From Thermoplasmatales archaeon (GTDB lineage Archaea > Thermoplasmatota > E2 > DHVEG-1), in NCBI GenBank assembly GCA_020350825.1, contig CP070724.1, positions 1,013,584 to 1,077,583 on the forward strand: a DNA stretch of 64,000 bases, read 5' to 3'. Each line of letters opens with the position of its first letter. The first letter of the stretch is position 1. The notes beneath the pieces were generated by a model. That model searched no databases. It was not told the origin of the DNA and saw only the letters and a program-made list of their open reading frames with translations. Both the position numbers and the translations under genes were made by a program. Shown piece by piece: positions 20,477 to 28,929 of the stretch.

Positions 20477-21151
20477 TTATTGAAGGCATCGTTCTTCTAA
20501 TGTTATGATCCCTTGTTTGCTTCCAACAATTACTTCATCTACTAAATCTATAAACAAACCGTTTTCTATAACTCCAGGTATCGAATTGATTTCTTTCTCA
20601 AGAGATTCAGGTTCATTGATTTTTCCAAAATCACAATCTAATATGTAGTTTGAGTTATCAGTAATATATACTTCATCCATAATTGTTCTTAACTCTGCTT
20701 TACAACCAAGTTCTTCAAGGTTTTTTTTGGTAGCATTCCAGCCGAATTTTGTAACCTCAACAGGTACGGGAAATCCAACTCCCAATTTTTTAACAACTTT
20801 TGTTTCATCTACAACTATTATCTCCTTTTTCGAGTGATATGCAATTATTTTCTCTCGAGTTAAGGCTCCACCCCCACCCTTAATTAAATTTAGAAATGAG
20901 TCAACTTCGTCAGCTCCATCTATGGTTAAATCAATTTCCGTATATTCGTTTAGATCCACCAGAGGAATATTCAATTTTATCGCTAGTTTTTTTGTTCTTA
21001 AGGATGTCGGAATTCCTTCTATTTTTAATCCTGCATTAATCCGTTCTCCCAATTTTTTTATTGCATATTTTACTGTTGATCCTGTTCCTAATCCAATAAC
21101 CATTCCATTATCCACATGTTCAACTGCTTTTTCCGCTGCCATCTTTTTCAT
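20477..21151 (-). CDS. rpiA: Ribose-5-phosphate isomerase A
   Basis: GLGTGSTVKYAI, DGADEVD and KGGGGALTREKI motifs. The ORF is open to 21202, but the likely start is MKKMAAEKA at 21151. Confidence 0.9.
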   Translation of the reverse strand: MKKMAAEKAVEHVDNGMVIGLGTGSTVKYAIKKLGERINAGLKIEGIPTSLRTKKLAIKLNIPLVDLNEYTEIDLTIDGADEVDSFLNLIKGGGGALTREKIIAYHSKKEIIVVDETKVVKKLGVGFPVPVEVTKFGWNATKKNLEELGCKAELRTIMDEVYITDNSNYILDCDFGKINEPESLEKEINSIPGVIENGLFIDLVDEVIVGSKQGIITLEERCLQ

Positions 21152-21240
21152 ATCTTCTTGTTCCAATAGTTCACCAAATGTGTAATAAAAAAACGTATAC
21201 AAAAACTTATACTTATTATTCTTATTATGAGCAAGAGAAG

Positions 21241-21891
21241 ATGTTAGGCGAATGTGAAGAGCACGGTTATTATCGTGGAGAATCCTGTCCAGTTTGTGGT
21301 GAAAAAGGAAAATTCCTAATGAATGATAGAGAACTTAATTCACTAGGGCGCATTGTTGCAGGAGTGCTTCGTCATTTTCCAGAAAAACTTGGAGTAATGA
21401 TTGATGGCCATGGATGGGTAGACATTTCTGAATTTGTTGAAGCTATAGGAATTAGCAGGTCAGGATTTCATTGGCTCCGTAATCATCATATTGAGGCCAT
21501 TGCACTAACCGATCCCAAAGGAAGATATCAGATAGATGGAGGAATGGTACGTGCAACTTACGGTCATACCATTGAAGTCAATCTCGATGATTTGCCTCTA
21601 GCAGATATTGATGAATTTTTCTACCCTGTTACAGAAGAAGAAATTGACATAATATTAGAAGGCGGGTTAAACCCTATAGATAGGAAAAATGTACATCTTA
21701 GTGGAAGTATTGAAAAAGCACTTGAGGCGGGAAAGGTGAGAACAGAAGAACCACTTATTTTAAAGATAGATGGTGCAAAAGCAAAAAAAGACGGAGTAAA
21801 AATATATCGTGCTGGTAAAGATGTCTATATTACTGATAGGATTGATGCCAAGTATATATCTAAAATCGACGAATCAGAGATAAATCAATAA
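21241..21891 (+). CDS. kptA: RNA 2'-phosphotransferase (Tpt1/KptA) with N-terminal zinc knuckle
   Basis: LGRIVAGVLRHFPEKLGVMIDGHGWVDISEF and NVHLSGS motifs. N-terminal CEEH...CPVC. The ORF is open from 21178, but the likely start is MLGECEEH at 21241. Confidence 0.8.
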   Translation: MLGECEEHGYYRGESCPVCGEKGKFLMNDRELNSLGRIVAGVLRHFPEKLGVMIDGHGWVDISEFVEAIGISRSGFHWLRNHHIEAIALTDPKGRYQIDGGMVRATYGHTIEVNLDDLPLADIDEFFYPVTEEEIDIILEGGLNPIDRKNVHLSGSIEKALEAGKVRTEEPLILKIDGAKAKKDGVKIYRAGKDVYITDRIDAKYISKIDESEINQ

Positions 21892-21941
21892 GAAGAAAAG
21901 CATTAATAGACATCGTTTAATTCAGGCATCTCTCTTGTTTT

Positions 21942-22015
21942 GGGCTTGTAGCTCAGCTAGGTGGAGCAATCGGCTCTTAACCGATCGGTCGAGGGTTCGA
22001 ATCCCTCCAAGCCCG
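21942..22015 (+). tRNA. tRNA-Lys (anticodon CUU)
   Basis: Hand-folded cloverleaf: acceptor GGGCTTG/CAAGCCC, D stem GCTC/GAGC, anticodon stem ATCGG/CCGAT with loop CTCTTAA, T stem GAGGG/CCCTC with loop TTCGAAT. 74 nt, CCA not encoded. Confidence 0.9.
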
Positions 22016-22198
22016 TTTTACCATATATAGGCATGTAATAGTATATCATCAGGTTACATTTTTCTTTATTATCTTCTACAGCATAAAATAAATCAGATGT
22101 AAGATCTATACCAAAATGATTATTAACATTATTTTTCTTGTTCAATTAAATAAAACCTCCAAAAATGTTAATATGTATTAGATTATGTTGGAAAACAT

Positions 22199-22405
22199 AT
22201 GTCCTCAGAAAATATCTACACTGAATCAGATAGAATAGGAAATTCGGCTCTTATATTTTCTTTATCTTTTTTGATATTTTTAATAGCATTGATGTTGACA
22301 ATAAATGATTCTTTTTGGATAGGATTAATTGCATTTATCTATAGCTCTTTACTGTCTGTAGGTTATTACATAAGGTCAACTTTAAAAAGTGTCATTCCTA
22401 AGTAA
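22199..22405 (+). CDS. Small membrane protein, hypothetical
   Basis: 68 aa, two hydrophobic helices. Confidence 0.3.
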   Translation: MSSENIYTESDRIGNSALIFSLSFLIFLIALMLTINDSFWIGLIAFIYSSLLSVGYYIRSTLKSVIPK

Positions 22406-22446
22406 TATGGTATAGTTATTTGGTTAATAAAATCACTTTTTAACTC

Positions 22447-22989
22447 TTATTCAGAGATAAAAAACTCTTTGAGTTTTTCCAGATTTGGATTATCAATGCC
22501 ACAATTTTGAATGGGGAACAGTACTTCCAATGTTAACATTTCAGCAATATACTCTCCAAACATTTTGTTTAGGTTATTAGTTAATATTACCAATTCTTTA
22601 ACACCCTTTGTAGAAGCACATAATGCTAAGTCGTAATCGCCATGGACTAATAAGTTAAAATCAATCTCAATTCCCATCTTTGCTAATTCCCGTTTTGCCA
22701 CTCCTTTGATAGGTATTTGTAATTTTTCTGGAGAAATGGGCTTATTTGTTCGTTTAAGAAGGATAATATACTTTTTCAAACCTACCCTTTCCTCATCAAA
22801 GACAGCACTATATCCCCAGATTGTTTTGTCTTTTTCTAATCTTTTTTTGATTCTCCATACTTTTTGTCTGGTAAATCCACATTTTTTTGCAATATTTTCA
22901 ATGTTATCTCCAGAGCTTGTCTGAAGTACTTTTAGGAGCATCTTTTCATCTTCATTGATTTGTTTTTTACTGCTTTTCGGCATATTCAT
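22447..22989 (-). CDS. Lrp/AsnC-type transcriptional regulator
   Basis: N-terminal HTH (NIENIAKKCGFTRQKVWRIKKRLEKDKTIWGY) followed by a RAM-like ligand domain. Confidence 0.65.
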   Translation of the reverse strand: MNMPKSSKKQINEDEKMLLKVLQTSSGDNIENIAKKCGFTRQKVWRIKKRLEKDKTIWGYSAVFDEERVGLKKYIILLKRTNKPISPEKLQIPIKGVAKRELAKMGIEIDFNLLVHGDYDLALCASTKGVKELVILTNNLNKMFGEYIAEMLTLEVLFPIQNCGIDNPNLEKLKEFFISE

Positions 22990-23462
22990 TCACCCATTTC
23001 TCCTTAGCGTATTTCCTTATTGTTTTTAAATGTTATCATATTTGATACCTATGTAACATGATTTTAAAGAAAACTGCGAATAGAGTAGATAGCATCTATT
23101 ACAAATGTTCTATTTAAGGATAACATTTATATATTCCTCCTAAATATATATTAATTATAATGGGGGAATAATATTTTTGGGAACCTTTCCTTTTCCGACC
23201 TCCTCCTTTCCCTCATTTTTTACTGCTATTGAGGCAGTTTTTAAATGTATTTATTAATGTATATATACATATACACTATTTTAAAATTTTCTAAACATAA
23301 TGATGGACATAAAATTAAAAAGAAAGGGAATGTCTAAGAGAACCTAGTTGTACTGTTTTTATAAATAATTTTCAACAAAGTTTTTTAATATAATTCCTAA
23401 CTCCGATACTGTTCATGCTTTGATAATATCAGGGTAGATCTATATCCACACTAATAAAAAAT

Positions 23463-23483
23463 GTTGTTATATCCCATAACAAC
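23463..23483. promoter_or_regulatory. Perfect 8-bp inverted repeat GTTGTTAT-N5-ATAACAAC upstream of the C25 peptidase gene
   Basis: Read directly in the sequence, about 65 nt upstream of ATG 23548. The same TGTTAT/ATAACA half-site recurs at 23028-23037 and 23119-28. Confidence 0.4.
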
Positions 23484-23547
23484 CCAACAATATTTATAAG
23501 GATACTTTTTTATACTATAAATCATTTATTTTTATGGGGATAAAAAA

Positions 23548-26052
23548 ATGAAAAAATCCATAACAATCTTTGTAGCTATAATTATGGTCCTTGGAGGACT
23601 TGGAGCAACTGCCATCAATGTTGATAACACCGAAAATGCGTATACAAAAACCGTCATAAAAACAATAGAGATTGACTTTTCAAAACCAAGCTTTACAGAT
23701 ATCGATAAGAATTACATTAGATTATATCTTGAAGAAGGGGAAACTTACTTGATGAATCCTGGTCAACCAATGATTCCAAAAGTGGTTAAAACATTCGAGC
23801 TTCCCTTTGGAGTAACCAACATAAAGATTAATGCAGAACCATCAGGTATACAAGAACTTAAAATTTCAAAAGAAATAGAACCTGCACCAGCACCACTACC
23901 ACTGACCCCAAGACCAGATTCCATAATTCGATCCAAAAAGGATCAAACAGTGTATAATAGCAATGATATATACCCACATGAGTGGTATGGCTCTCATGTT
24001 GGTTGCGGATTGAATACCGAAGGTGAGCACGTTACTCATCTAACAGTAAATATTTTCCCACTAAGATATAGACCTGAATCAGGGAAAATAATTGTTGCTG
24101 AGAAGGTTAATATAAAAATAACCTATGAAGACCCAGAATTAAATATTTTCCCGCAGACGAGCACCTATGATCTCGTAATTATTACTCCATCAAAATTTTC
24201 AAGTGAACTTGAAAGACTAGTTGAACATAAAAACACATTTGAGATGGAAACCGTTATAAAAACAACAGAAGAGATATATGATAATCCAAACTATAATGGT
24301 AGAGATAAACCTGAGCAAATTAAATATTTCATAAAGGATGCAATAGAAACATGGGGAGTTCAATATGTACTTCTTTTCGGTGGTTTAAAATCTATAATTT
24401 ATGCGAAAGCTAAAGATGATCAAAACCATGGTGCAAAAGGTTGGCATGTCCCCGTAAGATATTCTAATTTTCAGTATGATGGTGATCCAAATTATAACTT
24501 CACTAGCGGTGAACCGAACTACATCAGTGATCTCTACTATGCAGACATCTACAAAGAAGGAGGCGAGTTCGATGATTGGGATTCCAATGGAAACGATATA
24601 TTTGCTGAATGGTCAGGTGAGGTAAGAGACGAGCTTGATCTATATCCTGACGTAGCATTTGGAAGACTCGCTGTAAGGAATAAAAGAGAAGTAAGAGATG
24701 TAATTACAAAAATCATCGACTATGAAAAACTTCCAGCTGACCCAACTTGGTTCAAAAGAATGATCTCGATATCTGGAGATGGATTCCTAGACCAAGAAGA
24801 TTGGGGTATAGAATGGGACACCAATGGTCTAGTAGATGGAGAATATATCATTTGTGCACAAAGCAAAAATCCAGAGGGTGAAAAAGGCCCAGTAGATGAA
24901 ATACATATAACACTGGATAAAACAGTTGAAACTAACATAACTTTTAACCATGATGACCACCTCAAAGAAGAAATACAAGGTTATCTTTATCCAGCACCCC
25001 CTATAGCAGAAATCATGACAATATCAAACGGTAACACCCTTGGGAACACAGACTACACCTACACACCACATGGAGGACAAGCTTACTGCAACGACCTATA
25101 CTGGTATGCAAATATCTCCTATGTAGATGAAGTTCTGACAATTCGTGGGAAATCATATGATCCAAAACCATATGGTAATATAACCCACATTAAAGTGTGG
25201 ATTAATAACAGCAATGAAGAAACGATATTTACAGAATTGAGGAATGATACAGAAACCTACTATGAGGGTGAATGGATTGTCGGAGAAAAATCCCTACTTG
25301 GCAGAGGAGGAGCCCTTGTCTATATTCCTGATGATTTTGAATCAAACAGTGTGTTTACTTCAAATGGTAAATGGTTTGATCAATCTGATGTAATCGAGGA
25401 GTTTAGCAAAGGATATGGTCTTGCTTTTTTCTCAGGACATGGAAGTCCTGGATGGTGGGGAGATCATTACCCTGGGATACCTGGTAACAGACGATATGGC
25501 TCAGTAGCTGGACTTGTGGTTACTCAGTTATCATCCTACTTCCCATTTTTACATTTCCCACTTTTCCCAATGAAGGAATTAACAAATACCAATAAGCTTC
25601 CAGTTGTTAGTGTTGGCGGTTGCCATAACAGTATGTTTAGTGTGTCGTTGATTACTGCAATTTTGGACCGATGGCTTCCTTTATACATGCATACTTATGG
25701 CACACCGGTTCCTGAATGTTGGGGTTGGTTTATGGTAAAGCTTCCAAAAACTGGTGCTATTGCAACAATGGGCAATACTGGATATGGATGGGGATCAGAA
25801 GGTGATGTGTGCACAGTTGGTACTGGTGATGGATGGATAAACACCGAGTTCTTCAGACAATATGGCGAAGAAGATCAGACGATTTTAGGTATGGCGTATA
25901 TTCAGGCAATAACCAGTTATGTATCCCATCATAAGACATTTGAAATTGAGTATTGGCGTCATGACTATGGATGGGATGGAATTGATGAGAAGACTGTAGA
26001 GCAATGGCAACTATTAGGTGATCCAAGTCTCCAAATAGGTGGATACTCCTAA
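23548..26052 (+). CDS. Secreted gingipain-like cysteine peptidase (MEROPS C25 / clan CD)
   Basis: Signal peptide. Propeptide-like N-domain (MNPGQPMIPKVVKTFELP). YDLVIITPSKF...GRDKPEQIKYFIKDAIETWGVQYVLLFGG. Catalytic His FFSGHGSPGWWGDH and Cys VVSVGGCHNSMF. Confidence 0.8.
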   Translation: MKKSITIFVAIIMVLGGLGATAINVDNTENAYTKTVIKTIEIDFSKPSFTDIDKNYIRLYLEEGETYLMNPGQPMIPKVVKTFELPFGVTNIKINAEPSGIQELKISKEIEPAPAPLPLTPRPDSIIRSKKDQTVYNSNDIYPHEWYGSHVGCGLNTEGEHVTHLTVNIFPLRYRPESGKIIVAEKVNIKITYEDPELNIFPQTSTYDLVIITPSKFSSELERLVEHKNTFEMETVIKTTEEIYDNPNYNGRDKPEQIKYFIKDAIETWGVQYVLLFGGLKSIIYAKAKDDQNHGAKGWHVPVRYSNFQYDGDPNYNFTSGEPNYISDLYYADIYKEGGEFDDWDSNGNDIFAEWSGEVRDELDLYPDVAFGRLAVRNKREVRDVITKIIDYEKLPADPTWFKRMISISGDGFLDQEDWGIEWDTNGLVDGEYIICAQSKNPEGEKGPVDEIHITLDKTVETNITFNHDDHLKEEIQGYLYPAPPIAEIMTISNGNTLGNTDYTYTPHGGQAYCNDLYWYANISYVDEVLTIRGKSYDPKPYGNITHIKVWINNSNEETIFTELRNDTETYYEGEWIVGEKSLLGRGGALVYIPDDFESNSVFTSNGKWFDQSDVIEEFSKGYGLAFFSGHGSPGWWGDHYPGIPGNRRYGSVAGLVVTQLSSYFPFLHFPLFPMKELTNTNKLPVVSVGGCHNSMFSVSLITAILDRWLPLYMHTYGTPVPECWGWFMVKLPKTGAIATMGNTGYGWGSEGDVCTVGTGDGWINTEFFRQYGEEDQTILGMAYIQAITSYVSHHKTFEIEYWRHDYGWDGIDEKTVEQWQLLGDPSLQIGGYS

Positions 26053-26253
26053 AGTCATTTGTCTTATTTAGCGATATTCCAGTCCCGGACGTCTTGCCAA
26101 AAAATAAATGATTCTAAAGAAAAGAGTGAAGAAAAATATCCAATATTACTATAACCTATATCTTTTTGAATGGGCTTTATGTTTTGTTGTCAGATATGTT
26201 TTAAAACCAAACGATGATTTAGATACTGAATATATTACTTATGAAGTTAATTG

Positions 26254-26586
26254 ATGGTGGGAAATATTAAAAAGAAATGCCCAGAATGCGGATCAAAGGC
26301 TGTACGATTATACCAGAACAGAACAGTAGATAGAAAAAGAAAATGGATTCCAACGGCTTGGAATTGTACTAAGTGCAATTATGTGTATGCGGTAGCTTCT
26401 GACACACTCATGTACTCAATGGGAGGCGAAGAGTATATAGAATCTTTCAATGGCAAATGCCCGAAATGTGATCTTAAAATAACGAAATTATACCGGCATA
26501 AAAATCCTGTGTATGGAAAACAAGAATGGATATCTGCTGGTTGGTACTGCACTAGATGTAAATATGTTTGGATGAATAAAAAATAA
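26254..26586 (+). CDS. Tandem double zinc-ribbon protein, hypothetical
   Basis: Two homologous halves: KKCPECGSKAVRLYQNR...KWIPTAWNCTKCNYVY and GKCPKCDLKITKLYRHK...QEWISAGWYCTRCKYVW. Confidence 0.55.
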   Translation: MVGNIKKKCPECGSKAVRLYQNRTVDRKRKWIPTAWNCTKCNYVYAVASDTLMYSMGGEEYIESFNGKCPKCDLKITKLYRHKNPVYGKQEWISAGWYCTRCKYVWMNKK

Positions 26587-26727
26587 TGTTGGATAGAAAC
26601 TACATATTTTGAAAAGACTATTTTATATTTATAGATGATTTATAAAAAATCATCTTATTATCCAATCCTAAACTATTAAATATAACTATCTATTTTAGGG
26701 CACCTTATACAATTAGAGGCATAATTA

Positions 26728-26826
26728 ATGAAAAGAAGTTCAAGAGTCTGGAAGAAAAGGGGTAAAATGCGGTGGAAATGGCGGAAAAAACGAATGAGGC
26801 GCGATAAGAGAAGTAGAAAAAAGTAA
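26728..26826 (+). CDS. rpl41e: Ribosomal protein L41e
   Basis: Absent from the ORF track (32 aa). Own translation is MKRSSRVWKKRGKMRWKWRKKRMRRDKRSRKK, the extremely basic L41e pattern. Confidence 0.8.
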   Translation: MKRSSRVWKKRGKMRWKWRKKRMRRDKRSRKK

Positions 26827-26830
26827 GTAT

Positions 26831-26969
26831 GGGAGCATGGTGTAACCCGGCATCATTGTGGGCTCCAGTTAGGAATGATTACAAGAGGGTCATCTGATCT
26901 ATGATGAATAACTGGAGCGATGACCTAAGAAGAGACCCGCCGATCTGGGTTCAAATCCCAGTGCTCCCA
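26831..26969 (+). tRNA. tRNA-Trp (anticodon CCA) with a 66-nt intron at the canonical 37/38 position
   Basis: Exon 1 is 26831-26868: acceptor GGGAGCA, D arm GTGT-AACCCGGCA-TCAT, anticodon stem GTGGG, loop CTCCAG. Exon 2 is 26935-26969: A-CCCGC, T arm CTGGG-TTCAAAT-CCCAG, TGCTCCC-A. TTAGG (26869-73) pairs with CCTAA (26924-28), giving a bulge-helix-bulge-like fold. Confidence 0.85.
26869..26934 (+). ncRNA. tRNA-Trp intron with box C/D guide-RNA architecture
   Basis: Order of elements: C-like AUGAUUA (26875-81); 12-nt guide; D' CUGA (26894-97); 3-nt spacer; C' AUGAUGA (26901-07); 12-nt guide; D-like AUGA (26920-23). The second guide AACTGGAGC is complementary to GCTCCAGTT (26862-70). Confidence 0.7.
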
Positions 26970-27000
26970 TTCAATCATATAAAATTGGAAGAGGATTGAA

Positions 27001-27195
27001 ATGAATATGAAGGATGTTAATGAATGGACGATATTATCATTACTCGCTATAATAGCAGGTATAATATTTTATGTATATTGGGGTATAACTTATGGTGTTT
27101 GGGCAGATGTAGGCATCTATTCTATAACTATAGTTTTGGTTTTAGTTGGATTTTTTGGAATATTATTGTCATTTCATCCAGAGAAGGAGGAATAA
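27001..27195 (+). CDS. Small membrane protein (2 TM), hypothetical
   Basis: WTILSLLAIIAGIIFYVYWG...IYSITIVLVLVGFFGILLSF. Preferred over the overlapping frame 27024..27209. Confidence 0.45.
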   Translation: MNMKDVNEWTILSLLAIIAGIIFYVYWGITYGVWADVGIYSITIVLVLVGFFGILLSFHPEKEE

Positions 27196-27267
27196 AACCT
27201 TCTTTTTAGCATATTTTGGTTTAAGACGTCACAACATTTATATATGGTTGATAGTAATTGATGCCTG

Positions 27268-27471
27268 ATGGAACAGGATAATTTTTTCAAGAAACATTCT
27301 GGGGAATGGCTTTTGCTTTTTAATGACGAAATTGTAGATCACAGTGTTAATTTAGAAGATTTATTAAAAGAGGCAGATGAAAAATATCCTGCCGAAAAGT
27401 TTCCAGATGATAATATAAAGATATCAAAAGTATTACAAGGAACACCAAGAAATATCTTACGGGATAGATAA
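27268..27471 (+). CDS. Small DUF5678-like protein
   Basis: 67 aa, KHSGEWLLLFNDEIVDHSVNLEDLLKEA pattern (family recalled from memory). Its stop directly abuts the next ATG. Confidence 0.45.
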   Translation: MEQDNFFKKHSGEWLLLFNDEIVDHSVNLEDLLKEADEKYPAEKFPDDNIKISKVLQGTPRNILRDR

Positions 27472-27870
27472 ATGTCTGAATTACAATTTATATTTGAATA
27501 CAGGGATTTCCCCCTAATTCCTATAAAGTTTTGTACATCGGGGAGGGAAACTCCAGTTATTGATGCATTGTTAGATTCAGGTGGAGATTTTATTGTTGTC
27601 CCCCATGCAATAGCCAAATATTTGAAATTGAATTTACAAAAAGCAGGCAATGTTGATACTGCAGGGGGAGAAACAACCCTGTATAAGTCATTTGTTAATA
27701 TGATAATAAATGATAAAGATAAGAAATTTACTTATGAAGATCTAGAAATTCATGTTTCTGATCGAAACGACATTCCTGTTCTTCTTGGTAGAAAACCAAT
27801 TTTTGAAGATAATGAAATCATATTTAAAAAGTATGAAAATAAACTTATTTTAAATCCAATAGAAAAATAA
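27472..27870 (+). CDS. Retropepsin-like aspartic peptidase (clan AA)
   Basis: ALLDSGGDFIVVP (D-S/T-G active-site motif), 132 aa single-lobe size, C-terminal ILLGR-like VLLGRKPIF. Confidence 0.6.
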   Translation: MSELQFIFEYRDFPLIPIKFCTSGRETPVIDALLDSGGDFIVVPHAIAKYLKLNLQKAGNVDTAGGETTLYKSFVNMIINDKDKKFTYEDLEIHVSDRNDIPVLLGRKPIFEDNEIIFKKYENKLILNPIEK

Positions 27871-27979
27871 TAAAAATGTTGCAGTTTTTTTTGAAAAAAT
27901 TGTTATTTGTATGCTTTTTATGGAGGAAATTAGGAGAAGGTTTAAATCATAGATTGTTTATTCAGTTATGAGGTAGAAT

Positions 27980-28165
27980 ATGGCATACACATATGAAGGT
28001 TGGACATTATATAAGAGAGATGTTACCTTAAAAGGTGGAAGGAGACAGACTATCTATTTCTTTAGCAAGAGAACACCAAAAAGCGGCTCACCATGTGACA
28101 AGCCCAATAATATGGTAGTTGGTGTAAACAAGAGAACGGGCCTTCCATACTTAAAAAAGAAATAA
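27980..28165 (+). CDS. Small basic conserved hypothetical protein
   Basis: 61 aa, ...LKGGRRQTIYFFSKRTPKSGSPCDKP...RTGLPYLKKK. Resembles a small family recurrent in methanogen genomes (from memory). Confidence 0.45.
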   Translation: MAYTYEGWTLYKRDVTLKGGRRQTIYFFSKRTPKSGSPCDKPNNMVVGVNKRTGLPYLKKK

Positions 28166-28474
28166 AATTAATCATCTCTTTTTCTTTTTTCTTTTTTTTA
28201 ATTTCAAATAGATGTATTGATTTGTTAGGGTGAGGTAGATAAAGGAAAATGAACGTTTTTCTCGTTTAAAAGTAAAAGTAATAGAAAAAATGAACTGGTT
28301 GAATTCCTACATGAGGGAACTGCGAAAAATCGTATTGATATATATTGTACCTTACTTGCTTCTTAAACGCTTATTATGGTATATTAATGACGTTTGATAA
28401 CCTTATCTTGATATTGATTAACATATAACTTTATATATATGACGTATATTAGTTTATATAGGGAGGTATGAAGA

Positions 28475-28897
28475 ATGGAAAATAGAATGTTGAAAAAAAG
28501 TCTGGTTATAGGTGTTATCTTTGCTGTGATACTAGTGTCTATACCTACTATAACTGCAGATACGGAGATTTTTAATAATTCTTTTGTCTTGATTGCAGGT
28601 AAGAGCAATTCTACTAATTGCCTGAGTTTATGGTGGAGAATCGGGTTATTTATCCCTGTTCTAAAAAGGCATTTTTTTGTAGTAGCAAACGGAGAAGAAG
28701 GAGAATCACTCAATGTCTTGATATTTAGTTTAAACAATGGACTTGCTACTTATTATGACTACGAAGACATTAGAATTGAGTTAACACGTGCTCGTGGTGT
28801 GTTTTACTGGGGAGGAAAATCCCTTCTGATTGATCATAGTGAACCACCGCCAGTGCTCGTATTATGTAGGACCGAAAGAGCATATGTAACCACTTAA
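28475..28897 (+). CDS. Secreted hypothetical protein
   Basis: Signal-like MENRMLKKSLVIGVIFAVILVSIPTITA. No family recognised. Confidence 0.45.
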   Translation: MENRMLKKSLVIGVIFAVILVSIPTITADTEIFNNSFVLIAGKSNSTNCLSLWWRIGLFIPVLKRHFFVVANGEEGESLNVLIFSLNNGLATYYDYEDIRIELTRARGVFYWGGKSLLIDHSEPPPVLVLCRTERAYVTT

Positions 28898-28929
28898 AAT
28901 AAATAATGAGCATAGGAGTATTATAGAAA

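Noticed and set aside
21957-22145. 62-aa minus-strand ORF overlapping tRNA-Lys.
   Set aside because: Its C-terminal third is just the reverse complement of the tRNA, and it has no RBS or family signal.
23195-23215. CT-rich tracts resembling anti-Shine-Dalgarno sequence: CCGACCTCCTCCTTTCCCTC here and CTCCCCTCCTCC at about 63358-63369. These could be sRNA seed regions.
   Set aside because: There are only two short instances with no shared flanks, no obvious promoter or terminator, and no secondary-structure support. Transcript data would be needed.
27024-27209. Alternative 61-aa frame overlapping the small membrane protein at 27001..27195.
   Set aside because: The 27001 frame gives two clean hydrophobic helices. 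The alternative frame is Cys/Arg/Asn-rich with no structure or motif.
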